This document shows, one piece after another, positions 14,254 to 24,300 of a stretch of 35,505 nt of DNA. Each line of letters begins with the position of its first letter. The stretch's first letter is position 1. Origin of the DNA: a virus (lineage: Duplodnaviria > Caudoviricetes); IMG/VR virus record IMGVR_UViG_3300035394_000065, positions 1 to 35,505 of that record. One strand, written 5' to 3'. The notes beneath the pieces are model-generated. The model was not told the DNA's origin and did no database searches. It saw only the letters and a program-made list of their open reading frames with translations. Both the position numbers and the translations under genes were made by a program.

Positions 14254-15020
14254 TAAAGTCTATTGATTTTCCTTTAAAAGAATTTTCAACAAAAGAAGAG
14301 TTGTTTGCTGAATTAAAATCAAACAAAGACGATTTAATTAATCTTAAAAAGGCAAATTTAAAGAACTCAGATGAATTCTTTTTTAATAATGTTATAAAAG
14401 AAAGCACTATTAAATCAATTGATTTTGAGGATGAATATATTTATTCTGTAATAAATACAACTAAGATAATGGACAGTCATAACGATGTTCATTTAGACGG
14501 TATTTGGAACAAATCAATTAAGGAGCAAGCTGGCAAAATTTATTACGTTGCGGACCATAAATTAGAATTATGTTCAGTAATTGCATATCCAAAAGATGTT
14601 GAAATGCAATTAGAAAATATCGACTTTAAGGAATTAGGCATTGAAACAAATGGAACTACTCAGGCTTTAATTTTTAAGGTTAAAAAAGACAAAATTCGCC
14701 TTAATGCTTTTAAAGATATTATTAACGAAAATATACAAGTACAGCATTCTATTAGAATGAAGTACGATAAAATGTTTCTTTGTATAGATTCAGATTCAAA
14801 GGAATATAAAGAAGAGAAAACCAACTGGAATAACTATATAGAAAATGTAGTTAACAAGGAAAGAGCTGAAGAGGTTGGATATTTTTGGGCGGTTACCGAG
14901 GCGCAAATATTTAAAGAGGGGAGTTTTGTAACTGGTGGCGGTTCTAATCATGTAACTCCATTAATGCAAAAGTCTGAGATTAAACAAGCAAATAAATCAA
15001 ATTTTTACTTTACTATATGA
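14250..15020 (+). CDS. putative prohead protease
   Basis: MDSHNDVH, ADH, QHSI, EGSFV..GSN..TP motifs resembling HK97-type maturation proteases; position before the capsid gene. Confidence 0.7.
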   Translation: MIKSIDFPLKEFSTKEELFAELKSNKDDLINLKKANLKNSDEFFFNNVIKESTIKSIDFEDEYIYSVINTTKIMDSHNDVHLDGIWNKSIKEQAGKIYYVADHKLELCSVIAYPKDVEMQLENIDFKELGIETNGTTQALIFKVKKDKIRLNAFKDIINENIQVQHSIRMKYDKMFLCIDSDSKEYKEEKTNWNNYIENVVNKERAEEVGYFWAVTEAQIFKEGSFVTGGGSNHVTPLMQKSEIKQANKSNFYFTI

Positions 15021-15577
15021 TAACAATAGAACGAGTTAACGAGTATATATATTTAACTGATTTAACAACCAATAGAGTATACGAGGGTTTACGACATAAT
15101 GTTCAATTAAACGTTTTAGATACTGGATTAGCTGAATGGACTATTTCAGGGTTAAATCAATGGGACATAAGAAAGGTATTTTTAGCAACCGACACTAATT
15201 TGGGTAATGGCACCGCATTAAAAGCATGGGCGGAAGCTAATCTAGGAATACAGTCAAGTGGCGGTAGCATTGACATTTCAACACTTGCTACACAAGTGAC
15301 ATTGCAGGAGGTTAGCGACAAGTTAAGCAATTTAACGGGGTTACAGCCTTACATGGTACGAGAAAGCGTTGCTAATACCGCTCCTGACTGTTATTCGATT
15401 TCATTTTTTAACAACGGTAACACTGATATATTTATCAATGTAGGTGGTGTTCCTAATATATTGAAAACAGGTGAGCAAATTGAATTTAATGCAGGAAATT
15501 TAAGGTATTACCCGAATGGTATGTTTACATACGATGCAACTGGTTCTGAATTAATTTTAACGGCTAATTTAGTTTAA
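15017..15577 (+). CDS. hypothetical virion/decoration protein
   Basis: Beta-rich, G/N/T-rich, inside the head operon. Confidence 0.5.
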   Translation: MITIERVNEYIYLTDLTTNRVYEGLRHNVQLNVLDTGLAEWTISGLNQWDIRKVFLATDTNLGNGTALKAWAEANLGIQSSGGSIDISTLATQVTLQEVSDKLSNLTGLQPYMVRESVANTAPDCYSISFFNNGNTDIFINVGGVPNILKTGEQIEFNAGNLRYYPNGMFTYDATGSELILTANLV

Positions 15578-15579
15578 TA

Positions 15580-16377
15580 ATGGCAAAAAGTACATATAAT
15601 AAAACGCCTGAAAATACATTAGTTATTCCTAAACCTATTATAACTAATATATATCAAGGTTCTCAACAAGCTAGAACGGACGTAATACCTCCTACTGGAG
15701 TTTATAACACTTTGATTGGTATGCAGGTTGTTTATCCTGATGGATATGAAGAATTTCAAGAAAAGGTAGAAGCAGGATTAATAAGAATGCAATTAGTACA
15801 CTGGGACACTAAAACGAAATCAAGGAAATCCGCACCCGATGGTGCTGGTGGAATTTCTAGTCAAGCTTTAAAGCGAAATAACACTCCAAGGTTTATTATT
15901 AATCAAAACGCTGATTTAGATTATGGAGATTATTTCTTTGGAAGCAAGGTTTATGATATTAATGGTATTCAGATGCCAAACGTACTATCTGCCGTTTATT
16001 TGCCTATTAATTTAAAGTCTAGGCAACCAATAGATTTTCAATTAGATTGCCCATATTTTTATGGTAAAGATGCTGATACTGTGGGTAGGATAGTTGATTA
16101 CTTCCCATTTACTTATATAGATGCTATTAAAAAGGATTCAGTTATAACAATTAGAGGCGAGGGTTACAAGACTAATTTCATTGGTAGAGAAAAGCCTGTT
16201 GTTTTGAAATTAAGCAAGTATTTTAGTTTTGTATTTATGTACAAAAATGATTTAGGAAAATGGGAAATGGGCGATTATTCGCAACAATTTAGATTATCAA
16301 TTGATACGATTAACTACGACGATGGAATGGGTACTACCGAAAAGTATTATTATAGATTCGTTGTAAGGCTTGTTTAA
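15580..16377 (+). CDS. hypothetical protein in head operon
   Basis: 265-aa ORF, no recognised motif. Confidence 0.6.
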   Translation: MAKSTYNKTPENTLVIPKPIITNIYQGSQQARTDVIPPTGVYNTLIGMQVVYPDGYEEFQEKVEAGLIRMQLVHWDTKTKSRKSAPDGAGGISSQALKRNNTPRFIINQNADLDYGDYFFGSKVYDINGIQMPNVLSAVYLPINLKSRQPIDFQLDCPYFYGKDADTVGRIVDYFPFTYIDAIKKDSVITIRGEGYKTNFIGREKPVVLKLSKYFSFVFMYKNDLGKWEMGDYSQQFRLSIDTINYDDGMGTTEKYYYRFVVRLV

Positions 16378-16384
16378 GGCATTT

Positions 16385-16465
16385 GGGTAGCTTCGGCTAT
16401 GCAAAGTAAAGATGGGTAGCTTCGGCTATGTATCGAATTTAAAGGGGTAGCTTCGGCTATCCTTT
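16385..16465 (+). repeat. three GGGTAGCTTCGGCTAT hairpin repeats; the third is terminator-like
   Basis: Copies at 16385, 16414, 16445; each is TAGC-TTCG-GCTA; the third extends to AAAGG...CCTTT. Confidence 0.85.
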
Positions 16466-16576
16466 GTTTAGAAAATTAAGAAATTGAAGCCGTTTTAAAG
16501 ACACTTCAAAAGTGAGCCGTTTATAAAAGAACACTCAAAAAAAATATATAAGTAGTAATAATTAATTTTAAAAAAA

Positions 16577-17857
16577 ATGTTTGTAGAAAAAACAAAAAAC
16601 GAATTTGATTCTATGAATGAAGATGAGCAAAACAAATATCTAGTTGATAAAAAGGCTCATGATTCAATGATTAGACAAAAGGAAATTTTAGACGCAATTT
16701 CTGAACAAAAGAAAATTTCTGATTCAGAAAGCAAAGAAGTGATTGAAAGACTTGAAAATGAATTAAAATCTGTTAAAGATAATTTAGATGAATTTTCGTT
16801 AAAAGTTCAATCTATTACAGAACAAAAAAATTCAAAAAATATGGAAAAAACTATTTTAGATTCGATAGTTGAAAACATTGATAAAATCAAGTCAGTTTTC
16901 AAGCAAGGTAGTGGAGTTGTTGATATTTATACGGAGAAAGCCGTTGATATTATAGCAACCACAAACGCAACAAATCCAGACGGCATTCCTGAATTGGTGG
17001 GTGTTCAAATGGCGAACCCATCAAATGTTAACTTAAAAGCTCCTAGCGTTGTTGACATGATGAATACAGTGCCTACAAGTTTATCTGCATATCCTTATAC
17101 TGAGGTTGTGCCAAAAGATGGAGATTATGCTTTCGTTGCTGAAAAAGGTTTAAAACCTCAAATTGATTTCGCTATCGAGACGCGTTACGCAACTCCTGTA
17201 AAGATTGCAGCGTATGAGCATTTAACAACTGAGTCTACACAAGATATTCCTAATTTAATGAGTATTGCTCGTGATTTTCTTAGAAAGAAACACGATTTAT
17301 TCAAAGAAAAAGGTTTGTTAAACGGCGACGGTTTGGGAGTTAATGCAAAAGGTGTTACGAGTTACGGGCGTGCCTTTGTAGCTGGTTCAATGGCTAATAC
17401 TTTATCAGTTGTTAACTTCATGGACGTTGTTAATGCAGGTATAACTGACATTTTTACTACACATAATTATCAAGATGAAACGCCTTATAGAGCGAATGTA
17501 GTGTTGGTTAACCCTATTGACTTTTTCATAAAATTAGTTTCCGCAAAAGATGCAAACGGCTTGCCTTTGTATCCAACGGCTAGTTTATTTAATAAAGTTG
17601 TTTTAGGCGGTGTTACAATTATGCCTCATGAAGATATTGCAGTTGGCAAGATTTTCATTGGAGATTTAACTAAGTACAATATCACCAATTACGTTGGCTA
17701 TACTGTTCGCATTGGTTGGATTAACGATGATTTTATTCGCAATCAATTTGTGATGGTTGGTGAGTCAAGATTCCATGCTTTTGTTAAGAATTTAGACAAA
17801 CAGGCATTTATTTACGATGATATTGCAGTTATTGAAGCGGCTTTACAAATTCCTTAA
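16577..17857 (+). CDS. major capsid protein (HK97 fold) with N-terminal coiled-coil scaffold domain
   Basis: Charged N-terminal ~100 aa; AFVAEKGLKP, KIAAY, LNGDG, KDANGLPLY, FIGD motifs. Confidence 0.88.
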   Translation: MFVEKTKNEFDSMNEDEQNKYLVDKKAHDSMIRQKEILDAISEQKKISDSESKEVIERLENELKSVKDNLDEFSLKVQSITEQKNSKNMEKTILDSIVENIDKIKSVFKQGSGVVDIYTEKAVDIIATTNATNPDGIPELVGVQMANPSNVNLKAPSVVDMMNTVPTSLSAYPYTEVVPKDGDYAFVAEKGLKPQIDFAIETRYATPVKIAAYEHLTTESTQDIPNLMSIARDFLRKKHDLFKEKGLLNGDGLGVNAKGVTSYGRAFVAGSMANTLSVVNFMDVVNAGITDIFTTHNYQDETPYRANVVLVNPIDFFIKLVSAKDANGLPLYPTASLFNKVVLGGVTIMPHEDIAVGKIFIGDLTKYNITNYVGYTVRIGWINDDFIRNQFVMVGESRFHAFVKNLDKQAFIYDDIAVIEAALQIP

Positions 17858-17859
17858 TA

Positions 17860-18027
17860 ATGAAAAAAACTAAATTTATTTCAAGTGGAAAATCTAAATT
17901 TTTAAAGAAAGGTTTGGAATTAATGTTAACAGATGAAATGATTGAGATTTTCACGAAAAAAGGTTACGGGAGTGTAGCTGAAGAAGCGGTAAAAAAGAAA
18001 ACAAAACCAACTATTGACAATCAATAG
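17860..18027 (+). CDS. small basic protein after the capsid gene (55 aa), not in ORF track
   Basis: Translated by hand: MKKTKFISSGKSKFLKKG...; ends in a hairpin. Confidence 0.6.
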   Translation: MKKTKFISSGKSKFLKKGLELMLTDEMIEIFTKKGYGSVAEEAVKKKTKPTIDNQ

Positions 18028-18034
18028 TTGGTTT
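18004..18034 (+). terminator. hairpin terminator
   Basis: AAACCAACTATTGA-CAA-TCAATAGTTGGTTT. Confidence 0.65.
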
Positions 18035-18050
18035 ATAAAAGGATTTCAAA

Positions 18051-18536
18051 ATGGTTACAGTTGGAGATTTTATAGGAAAATACGAAAGTGCAGTAAACGA
18101 CTTTACTCAGGCAAAAATACTTTTGTATATACAAAAATACGAGAAACATTATGCTTTAAAGTTGTTGGGAGTTGATTTGTATAACCTTTGGGTTGTAAAC
18201 CCTTTAATACCTCCATTTGATGCTATTACCAATCCGTTTGTTTTTCAGTCAAGTTGTGGAACGATTCACGAATCAATCGGTATAAAAGACATGCTAACTG
18301 GATTCATTTACTTTCATTTAGTTAACGACATTCGAAGTCAACAAACTTTGGGAGGTTCGGTATCAAAGGCGAATGAAAACAGTATGCAAAACACATCAAT
18401 CCAATCTGGAGCATGGGAGCGTTTTAATAGTAGTGTTTACACTTATGAAGCTATACAAGCGTTTATTTGTGAACATTTAACTGATTATCCTACATTCAAA
18501 GGAGTTGAGCAGGATATTATAATACCTTATTTTTAA
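18051..18536 (+). CDS. putative head-tail connector/adaptor
   Basis: Size and position after the capsid gene; assignment by synteny only. Confidence 0.5.
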   Translation: MVTVGDFIGKYESAVNDFTQAKILLYIQKYEKHYALKLLGVDLYNLWVVNPLIPPFDAITNPFVFQSSCGTIHESIGIKDMLTGFIYFHLVNDIRSQQTLGGSVSKANENSMQNTSIQSGAWERFNSSVYTYEAIQAFICEHLTDYPTFKGVEQDIIIPYF

Positions 18537-18537
18537 C

Positions 18538-19209
18538 ATGGAGGACATTGTGTACATAGTAGAGCGTGAAATAATTGATAAACTAGATTTATCAATTAAT
18601 GTACTTAGCATTAATGCTAATACGATTCACGTATGCAATTTAAAGTGGGCACAAGTTGGCAAAGTGTTAACGGCGGAGGATGGACAAGAATACACTATTA
18701 TTAATATTGACTATGTTAACAACGATATAACGTTTTCAACTCCATTTGTTTCATCAATAGGTTTTGTATTTTTAGAGCGTCCAAAATATAAGTATGGAAC
18801 TCCGAAAACAACTAATGTAGAGTGGTCACCAAACGAGTTAGGTGTAACGCCTTGCATTTGGCTAGTAGAGCCTTTAAATGAAACGTTTTTAGGGAATGAG
18901 AGTAGTGTAGAGCGTGAAAGTCCTTTGAGGTTGTTGTTGTTAAACTCTAGGGATGCCGTAAATTGGTTGAATAAAGATATCCACGATATGAGAAGCAAGC
19001 AGTTATATTCATTACAAGATGAGATTATTGAAACAATTGAAGCGAATCCTATATTTAAAAAGTACAAGGATTTTGATTCTAGGAACTTAACGAAGTTAGG
19101 AACTGAGAGTGCTCAAGGTTTTGAGAAAAACATTATAGATAGTGATTTAACAGCATTAGATTTAAGGTTGACGTTACCTATTTACAAAACGTCGAATTGT
19201 ATATGTTAA
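18538..19209 (+). CDS. putative neck/tail-completion protein
   Basis: Acidic, directly before the major tail gene; synteny only. Confidence 0.45.
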   Translation: MEDIVYIVEREIIDKLDLSINVLSINANTIHVCNLKWAQVGKVLTAEDGQEYTIINIDYVNNDITFSTPFVSSIGFVFLERPKYKYGTPKTTNVEWSPNELGVTPCIWLVEPLNETFLGNESSVERESPLRLLLLNSRDAVNWLNKDIHDMRSKQLYSLQDEIIETIEANPIFKKYKDFDSRNLTKLGTESAQGFEKNIIDSDLTALDLRLTLPIYKTSNCIC

Positions 19210-19229
19210 ATTTTAAAAAAAAATAAATT

Positions 19230-20156
19230 ATGTCACAAAATTGTTCATGTGGGGGTAGATTAGGGGCGACTGGCGTAGATAACTGCGTTATTTTGTTCGG
19301 TACTACTCACAATTTTATTTTAGTACCTACCTATAAGGCTGACGGTACTAGAAACTTTATTGATATTTCTTCGCCAACTTTAGGTGCTGATATTCAATCA
19401 ATGGTTTCAATTAACACGCCTATGTTGGAGCGTTTATATCCTTTGTCATTTGCTGAAAACATTACACGTGCCAAAACTGATAGAGTTTTAGAAACGGCAC
19501 CTAGTGGGAATATTTATAACGTTCAAGACGGTTTGCGCCAGAATCATATGGAATTTTATGGTGATAGTGGAACGGTGAGAGGTTTAGAGCAGTTGCAAAA
19601 GTTTGGATGCACTCAAATGAGTTACTATTCAGTAGATATTAACGGCACTTTGGAAGGTGTTTTGGAGTCAGATGGTTCGAATGAGTTTTATCCTTTTCCA
19701 ATTATGGATAATAGCTACTTTGCACAATTTGAATATGCAACGGATACTACTATCAACAAATTAATGTTGGATTTCAATTTGCAACGTAATTTTGATGAGT
19801 CAACTATCTATTATTTAACAAAAGCGGATTTAGGATTTAGTGCAACTTCGTTAAAAGGTTTAATTCCTTGTACTATGACTGTTTCTAATATCACTACAAC
19901 TGGTGTAACTGTTAAGGTAGGAAAAAACAACGGTTCTGCGCTTGCGTTCAAACCTTTAAGCGGAATGTTAGGTGGCGATTTCGCTTTGTATGACAATACA
20001 GGTGTGGCAATCGTTCCAATTTTAGGAAGCACTGAGGTAAATCCAGGCGAGTACGCTTTGACTTATGCCGATGTACTTGGTGCGAATGAGTTTACATTAA
20101 GTGCGGTAGTAATGGGTCACGACATTCAAGACGTTACTTACCAAGACCCTGCATAA
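19230..20156 (+). CDS. putative major tail protein with C-terminal Ig-like extension
   Basis: 308 aa, G/T/S-rich, followed by a small gene and terminator, upstream of the tape measure. Confidence 0.6.
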   Translation: MSQNCSCGGRLGATGVDNCVILFGTTHNFILVPTYKADGTRNFIDISSPTLGADIQSMVSINTPMLERLYPLSFAENITRAKTDRVLETAPSGNIYNVQDGLRQNHMEFYGDSGTVRGLEQLQKFGCTQMSYYSVDINGTLEGVLESDGSNEFYPFPIMDNSYFAQFEYATDTTINKLMLDFNLQRNFDESTIYYLTKADLGFSATSLKGLIPCTMTVSNITTTGVTVKVGKNNGSALAFKPLSGMLGGDFALYDNTGVAIVPILGSTEVNPGEYALTYADVLGANEFTLSAVVMGHDIQDVTYQDPA

Positions 20157-20317
20157 TGTTGGACAAAAAAAAAGAATGGCTAATCATTGGCAATAGTTCT
20201 TTTCTTATATCGTATTTAAAGGACGTGAACATGACTGATGCGATAAAAAGATATAAAGGAACTTGTCACGAGGATAGGATTCGCAACGCTTGGAAACAAG
20301 CTAATAACAAAAAATAA
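20156..20317 (+). CDS. small hypothetical protein (53 aa), not in ORF track
   Basis: TAATG-coupled to the tail gene; followed by hairpin CGCCCGAA...TTCGGGCG. Confidence 0.55.
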   Translation: MLDKKKEWLIIGNSSFLISYLKDVNMTDAIKRYKGTCHEDRIRNAWKQANNKK

Positions 20318-20352
20318 AAGATGCGCCCGAATTATTTTTACTTCGGGCGTTT

Positions 20353-20430
20353 CTATTTAACATAATATTATTATATTTGCATTAATAGTATTTATTGGCA
20401 AACAAGGACGTTTTAAGGCGTCCTTTTTTT
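20353..20430 (+). promoter_or_regulatory. box + -7 promoter followed by a terminator-like hairpin
   Basis: CTATTTAACATAAT 20353-20366, TATATTTG 20372-20379, AAGGACG..CGTCCTT plus T tract 20404-20430. Confidence 0.6.
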
Positions 20431-20434
20431 ATAT

Positions 20435-20890
20435 ATGATAGACACAAGACCATTATATAAAATTTATAAAAGCCTTAGCAGGTTAACTGATGACAATCTT
20501 TGGATTAATTCAATTGACGGCAAGGTTAAGGCGTTTATTATACAGATGAATACAATAGACCAGTTATACAATAAAGGTATTGATAGTTTAGGTGAAAAGG
20601 TTGGAGGTGGTGAATATAGACATTTAACGATAGCTATAAAAAAACATAAAGGTCAAAGATATGACCATTTTACGTTAAAAGATACGGGGGCATTTTACGA
20701 CAGTTGGGTTGTAAAGGTTGATAGGGATGGTTTAATATTGGATGCAGACGACTCAAGCTTTTATGACAAACCACTATTTGAGGTTTATGGTGAGGATGTG
20801 TTGGGGTTAACTGATGAAAATAAATTGAAATTGTTTTATATTATTCGGGAAAATTACATTAATTACATTAAGAATGAATTATTACGTTAA
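20435..20890 (+). CDS. putative neck/virion morphogenesis protein
   Basis: TLKDTGAFYDSW resembles the (L/V)xDTGxLxxS motif of HK97 gp10-like proteins. Confidence 0.6.
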   Translation: MIDTRPLYKIYKSLSRLTDDNLWINSIDGKVKAFIIQMNTIDQLYNKGIDSLGEKVGGGEYRHLTIAIKKHKGQRYDHFTLKDTGAFYDSWVVKVDRDGLILDADDSSFYDKPLFEVYGEDVLGLTDENKLKLFYIIRENYINYIKNELLR

Positions 20891-21311
20891 TATTGAAGAA
20901 ATGCCGTTATATAATTGGGAGAAGTGCCAAGATGGTGATTTGACTTTTATTCGAAAGGATATTTTATTAGGTAGTGAAGAGCAGGATTTTAAGGCTTGGG
21001 AGCTATTGCAGTACGATTATATGGAGCGGTTTGGAGTTAGTACAAAACACGCTAGATTTTCTATTTTACAGCGTGATTTATTGGTGTTAAAATTGGAAAA
21101 AATAATAGGAGAGGATAGGTTTATTGATAGTAAAATTGACGATTTACAGGATGAAATAAAGTCTTTTTTCAGTTCAAATGTACAGGAGCGTAATATAATG
21201 GATAAAACTTTGATTCATTTGAATAAGGAATACAATTGCGGACTTGATAAGAAAAAAATTAGTGTATTTCATTTTTATTTAATGATTGAGGAATATGGCA
21301 AAAAGAATTAG
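20874..21311 (+). CDS. putative tail assembly chaperone
   Basis: Directly upstream of and overlapping the tape measure gene; synteny only. Confidence 0.45.
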   Translation: MNYYVNIEEMPLYNWEKCQDGDLTFIRKDILLGSEEQDFKAWELLQYDYMERFGVSTKHARFSILQRDLLVLKLEKIIGEDRFIDSKIDDLQDEIKSFFSSNVQERNIMDKTLIHLNKEYNCGLDKKKISVFHFYLMIEEYGKKN

Positions 21312-24300
21312 CAAAGCGGAGCTTGGAATAGATGATAATTTATTAAGCTCGTTAAATGAACAGTTAAATGAAGCTATAAGAAATACGAAACGTTATGAAG
21401 AAGCACAACGTAATTTAACGGCAATTAATAAAGTAGCAATAAGTGGCGCAAAAGATTATGTAAAGCTATTAAAAGAACAAAATTTGGCAACCGTTGAGGG
21501 TCAAAAGGAATACGCACAAAAAGCAAAAGAAGCGAATAGGCTAATATTAGAAGAGGAGAAAATAAAGCAATCGCAATTACGCACATCGAAGTTAATTGAG
21601 CAATCAAAACAAGCCGAATTGCGTACCCAAAAAATGATTAACACCGAGAAAGCGAAAACATTAACAGCGTACCAAAAAGAATCAAAGGCTTTAAATGAAA
21701 ATAGAGAGAAATGGAAGTCATTAGCTGTTCAACAGAAACAAAACACAAAGGAGGGGCGTGATTTATTAAGATTAATAAAACAGCAAGATGACAACCTAAA
21801 AAAAATAGATTCAACAGTAGGTCAGAATCAAAGAAGCGTTGGTAATTATTCAAAGGCTATTGGAGGTTTAAAAAGCGGATTAAGTCAATTAGGGTTAGCT
21901 TTTGGAGCGTTTCAATTAATTAGGTCGGCTGGAAGCACTATAATAGACTTTGAGGAGAACGCCGCTAATATGGCAAAGACTTTGGGTGTTTCAACATCTG
22001 AAGCTAAGAAATTAGCAAAAGAATTACTTTCAATCGACACGCGTACAAGTGTTGAGGAGTTGCAAAAGATAGCCACTATTGGAGGGCAATTAGGAATTGG
22101 AGCTAATGAAATTATAGGTTTTACAAAGGCTGTCGACACTTTAAATGTAGCACTTGGCGATGAGTTTACGGGCGGTGCTGAGGAGATTACAACCGTAATT
22201 GGTGGACTTAGAAACGTATTAACAGATATTAAAACGGACGATGTTTCCGCTGACTTGTTAAGCATAGGTAACGCCATAAATATATTAGGGGCAAATGGTA
22301 ATGCTACTGCTCCCGTTGTTTCTGATTTTGCTAATAGGATTGCAGGTATTGCCATACCTTTAGGGGTTTCAACTGACAAGATTTTAGGACTTTCGGCAAC
22401 CTTGCAAGAATTAGGGGTCAACCAGGAGCGAGGCGGAACGGCAGTTGGTAAGATTTTGCAAGAAATGGCAAAAAACGTAGGCGGGTTTGCTGAAATTGCT
22501 GGTGTTGACGTCACTAAGTTTGGGAAGTTAGTAAATGAGGATATATTTGAAGCGTTCAAAAAAGTTCTTGAGGGGTCTAAAAAATTCAAGGGTGACAATG
22601 TAGCGTTAACAAAAAGTTTGGATTCATTAGGTTTAAGCGGTTCGGGTGCAAGTGAGGTGTTTTTGAAATTAAGTGGCAATATGGAGCTACTAGATAAAAA
22701 GAACACTTTGGTAGCTGATGGATTAAAAAGTACAACTTCTCTTACAGATGAATTTAATGCTAAAAATAACACACTTGGAGCGTCAATTGAAAAGTTAGGT
22801 AAAGAATTTCAAAAGTATATTATTGGAATTGATGAAGCTGGCAATGTATCTGGTAAATTAGGCTCAGTTATAAATTTTTTAGTACATAATTTTGAAACTA
22901 TTGTAAATGTTATTGGTAAAGCGACCGTTGGGTTTTTATCTTTCAAGGCAATAACAAAATCTTTAGCTTTTGTTGACTTTGTAAAAATGAACGGAGGCAT
23001 TAAAGGAGTTGCAAAAGAAATGCTTAATCTAAGAACAAACACAGATATTGCGTCTTCATCAACTGGCAAAATGGGAGGTGTATTAAAAGGCATAGGATGG
23101 ACGGCATTAATTGGATTGGCTTTTGAGTTAGGTACTGAATTATATAGGATTGCAAGCGGTGCGGCGCAAGCTGAGGAGGATATGGCAAGACTTGAAAAAA
23201 CAACTGGAAATGCGTTGTCAAACACTGAAAAAAATATAAAAACAATAAAAGGTGTTTTATCTAATAAATTAGAGCAAATAGACTTAAAGGTTACGGATGG
23301 TAGCTTGAAAGATGAAAAGGAAATTTTAAGACTAAAAAATGAAGCTATCGCTACTGCGAAAATTGAATTAAGAAACAACATAGCAAGTGTAAGGGAGCGA
23401 AAAGATAAATATTTAGCTTTAAAAAAAGAAGCTGAATTATTAGCAAAAATACAATTTGCAGAAAGCAAAGGTGATGCTTTTAAGGTTCTAAAATCAAACG
23501 AACAACTAAAAGCTGAAAAACGTATTTTAGAAATTCAAAACGAATTAAAATTAAAGAAAAGCACAAATATATTTGGAGCTGAACAAACTATTTCGGCAGG
23601 TGATTTAATAGGGCAGTTGAGCGCAAATATTAATGCAACTAGCAAAAGTATTGAATTGTACAAAAATGAACTAGAAGACGTAAATATAGACCTTAATAGA
23701 AATATTGCAAAAACAAAAGGAGCTTCAAAAGAAACTGATAATTTTAGTGAGTCAACAAAAGGAGCTACAAAAGAAACAAAGGCTTTAAATACCGAGTTAA
23801 AAGAGCAAAACGAATATTTATCTAAGCAAGTTGAGTTATTAGAAGAATTGGATGAAATTAATAGAATTGAAGCCGAAACGAATATCCAATCTGAAATTGA
23901 TAGCGAGTTTAATAATTTACGAAAAATTGCAGAAGAAACGGGGCAACTAGATATTGATTTATTAGAAGAGTTATTAGCTAAAAAGAACGAGCTACAAAAA
24001 AAGCATATTGAAGAACGTGAAAGCTATGAGATTTCACAAATTAAAGAACGATATAGATTAGAAGCTGAATTAGCTAAAAATGAGTTAACAAATAATCGTG
24101 ATGAATTACTTTCACAAGATGGATTAACTCCAGAAGCTAAATTAAAAATAGAACAAAATTACCAAACTGAGTTGGCAAAACTAGATATGGATAATTTACA
24201 GCGGATTGCTGATATGGAGCTTGAAATTTTAATAATAAAAGGCAACTCAAAAAAGAAATTATTAGAATTGGATAAAAACTATGCTGATGAGGTTAATAAT

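Noticed and set aside
16385-16460. Mini CRISPR array
   Set aside because: Repeats are 16 bp and spacers 13-15 nt, too short for CRISPR; no cas genes; better explained as UUCG hairpins.
20156-20180. Tail-chaperone programmed frameshift at the A9 run
   Set aside because: The run is at the very start of the small ORF, and a terminator and promoter separate it from the next gene, unlike the lambda G/GT arrangement.
21912-23468. Long antisense ORFs (286 and 219 aa) in the tape measure gene
   Set aside because: Typical reverse-frame shadows of a codon-biased gene; F/S/L-rich, no motifs or leaders.
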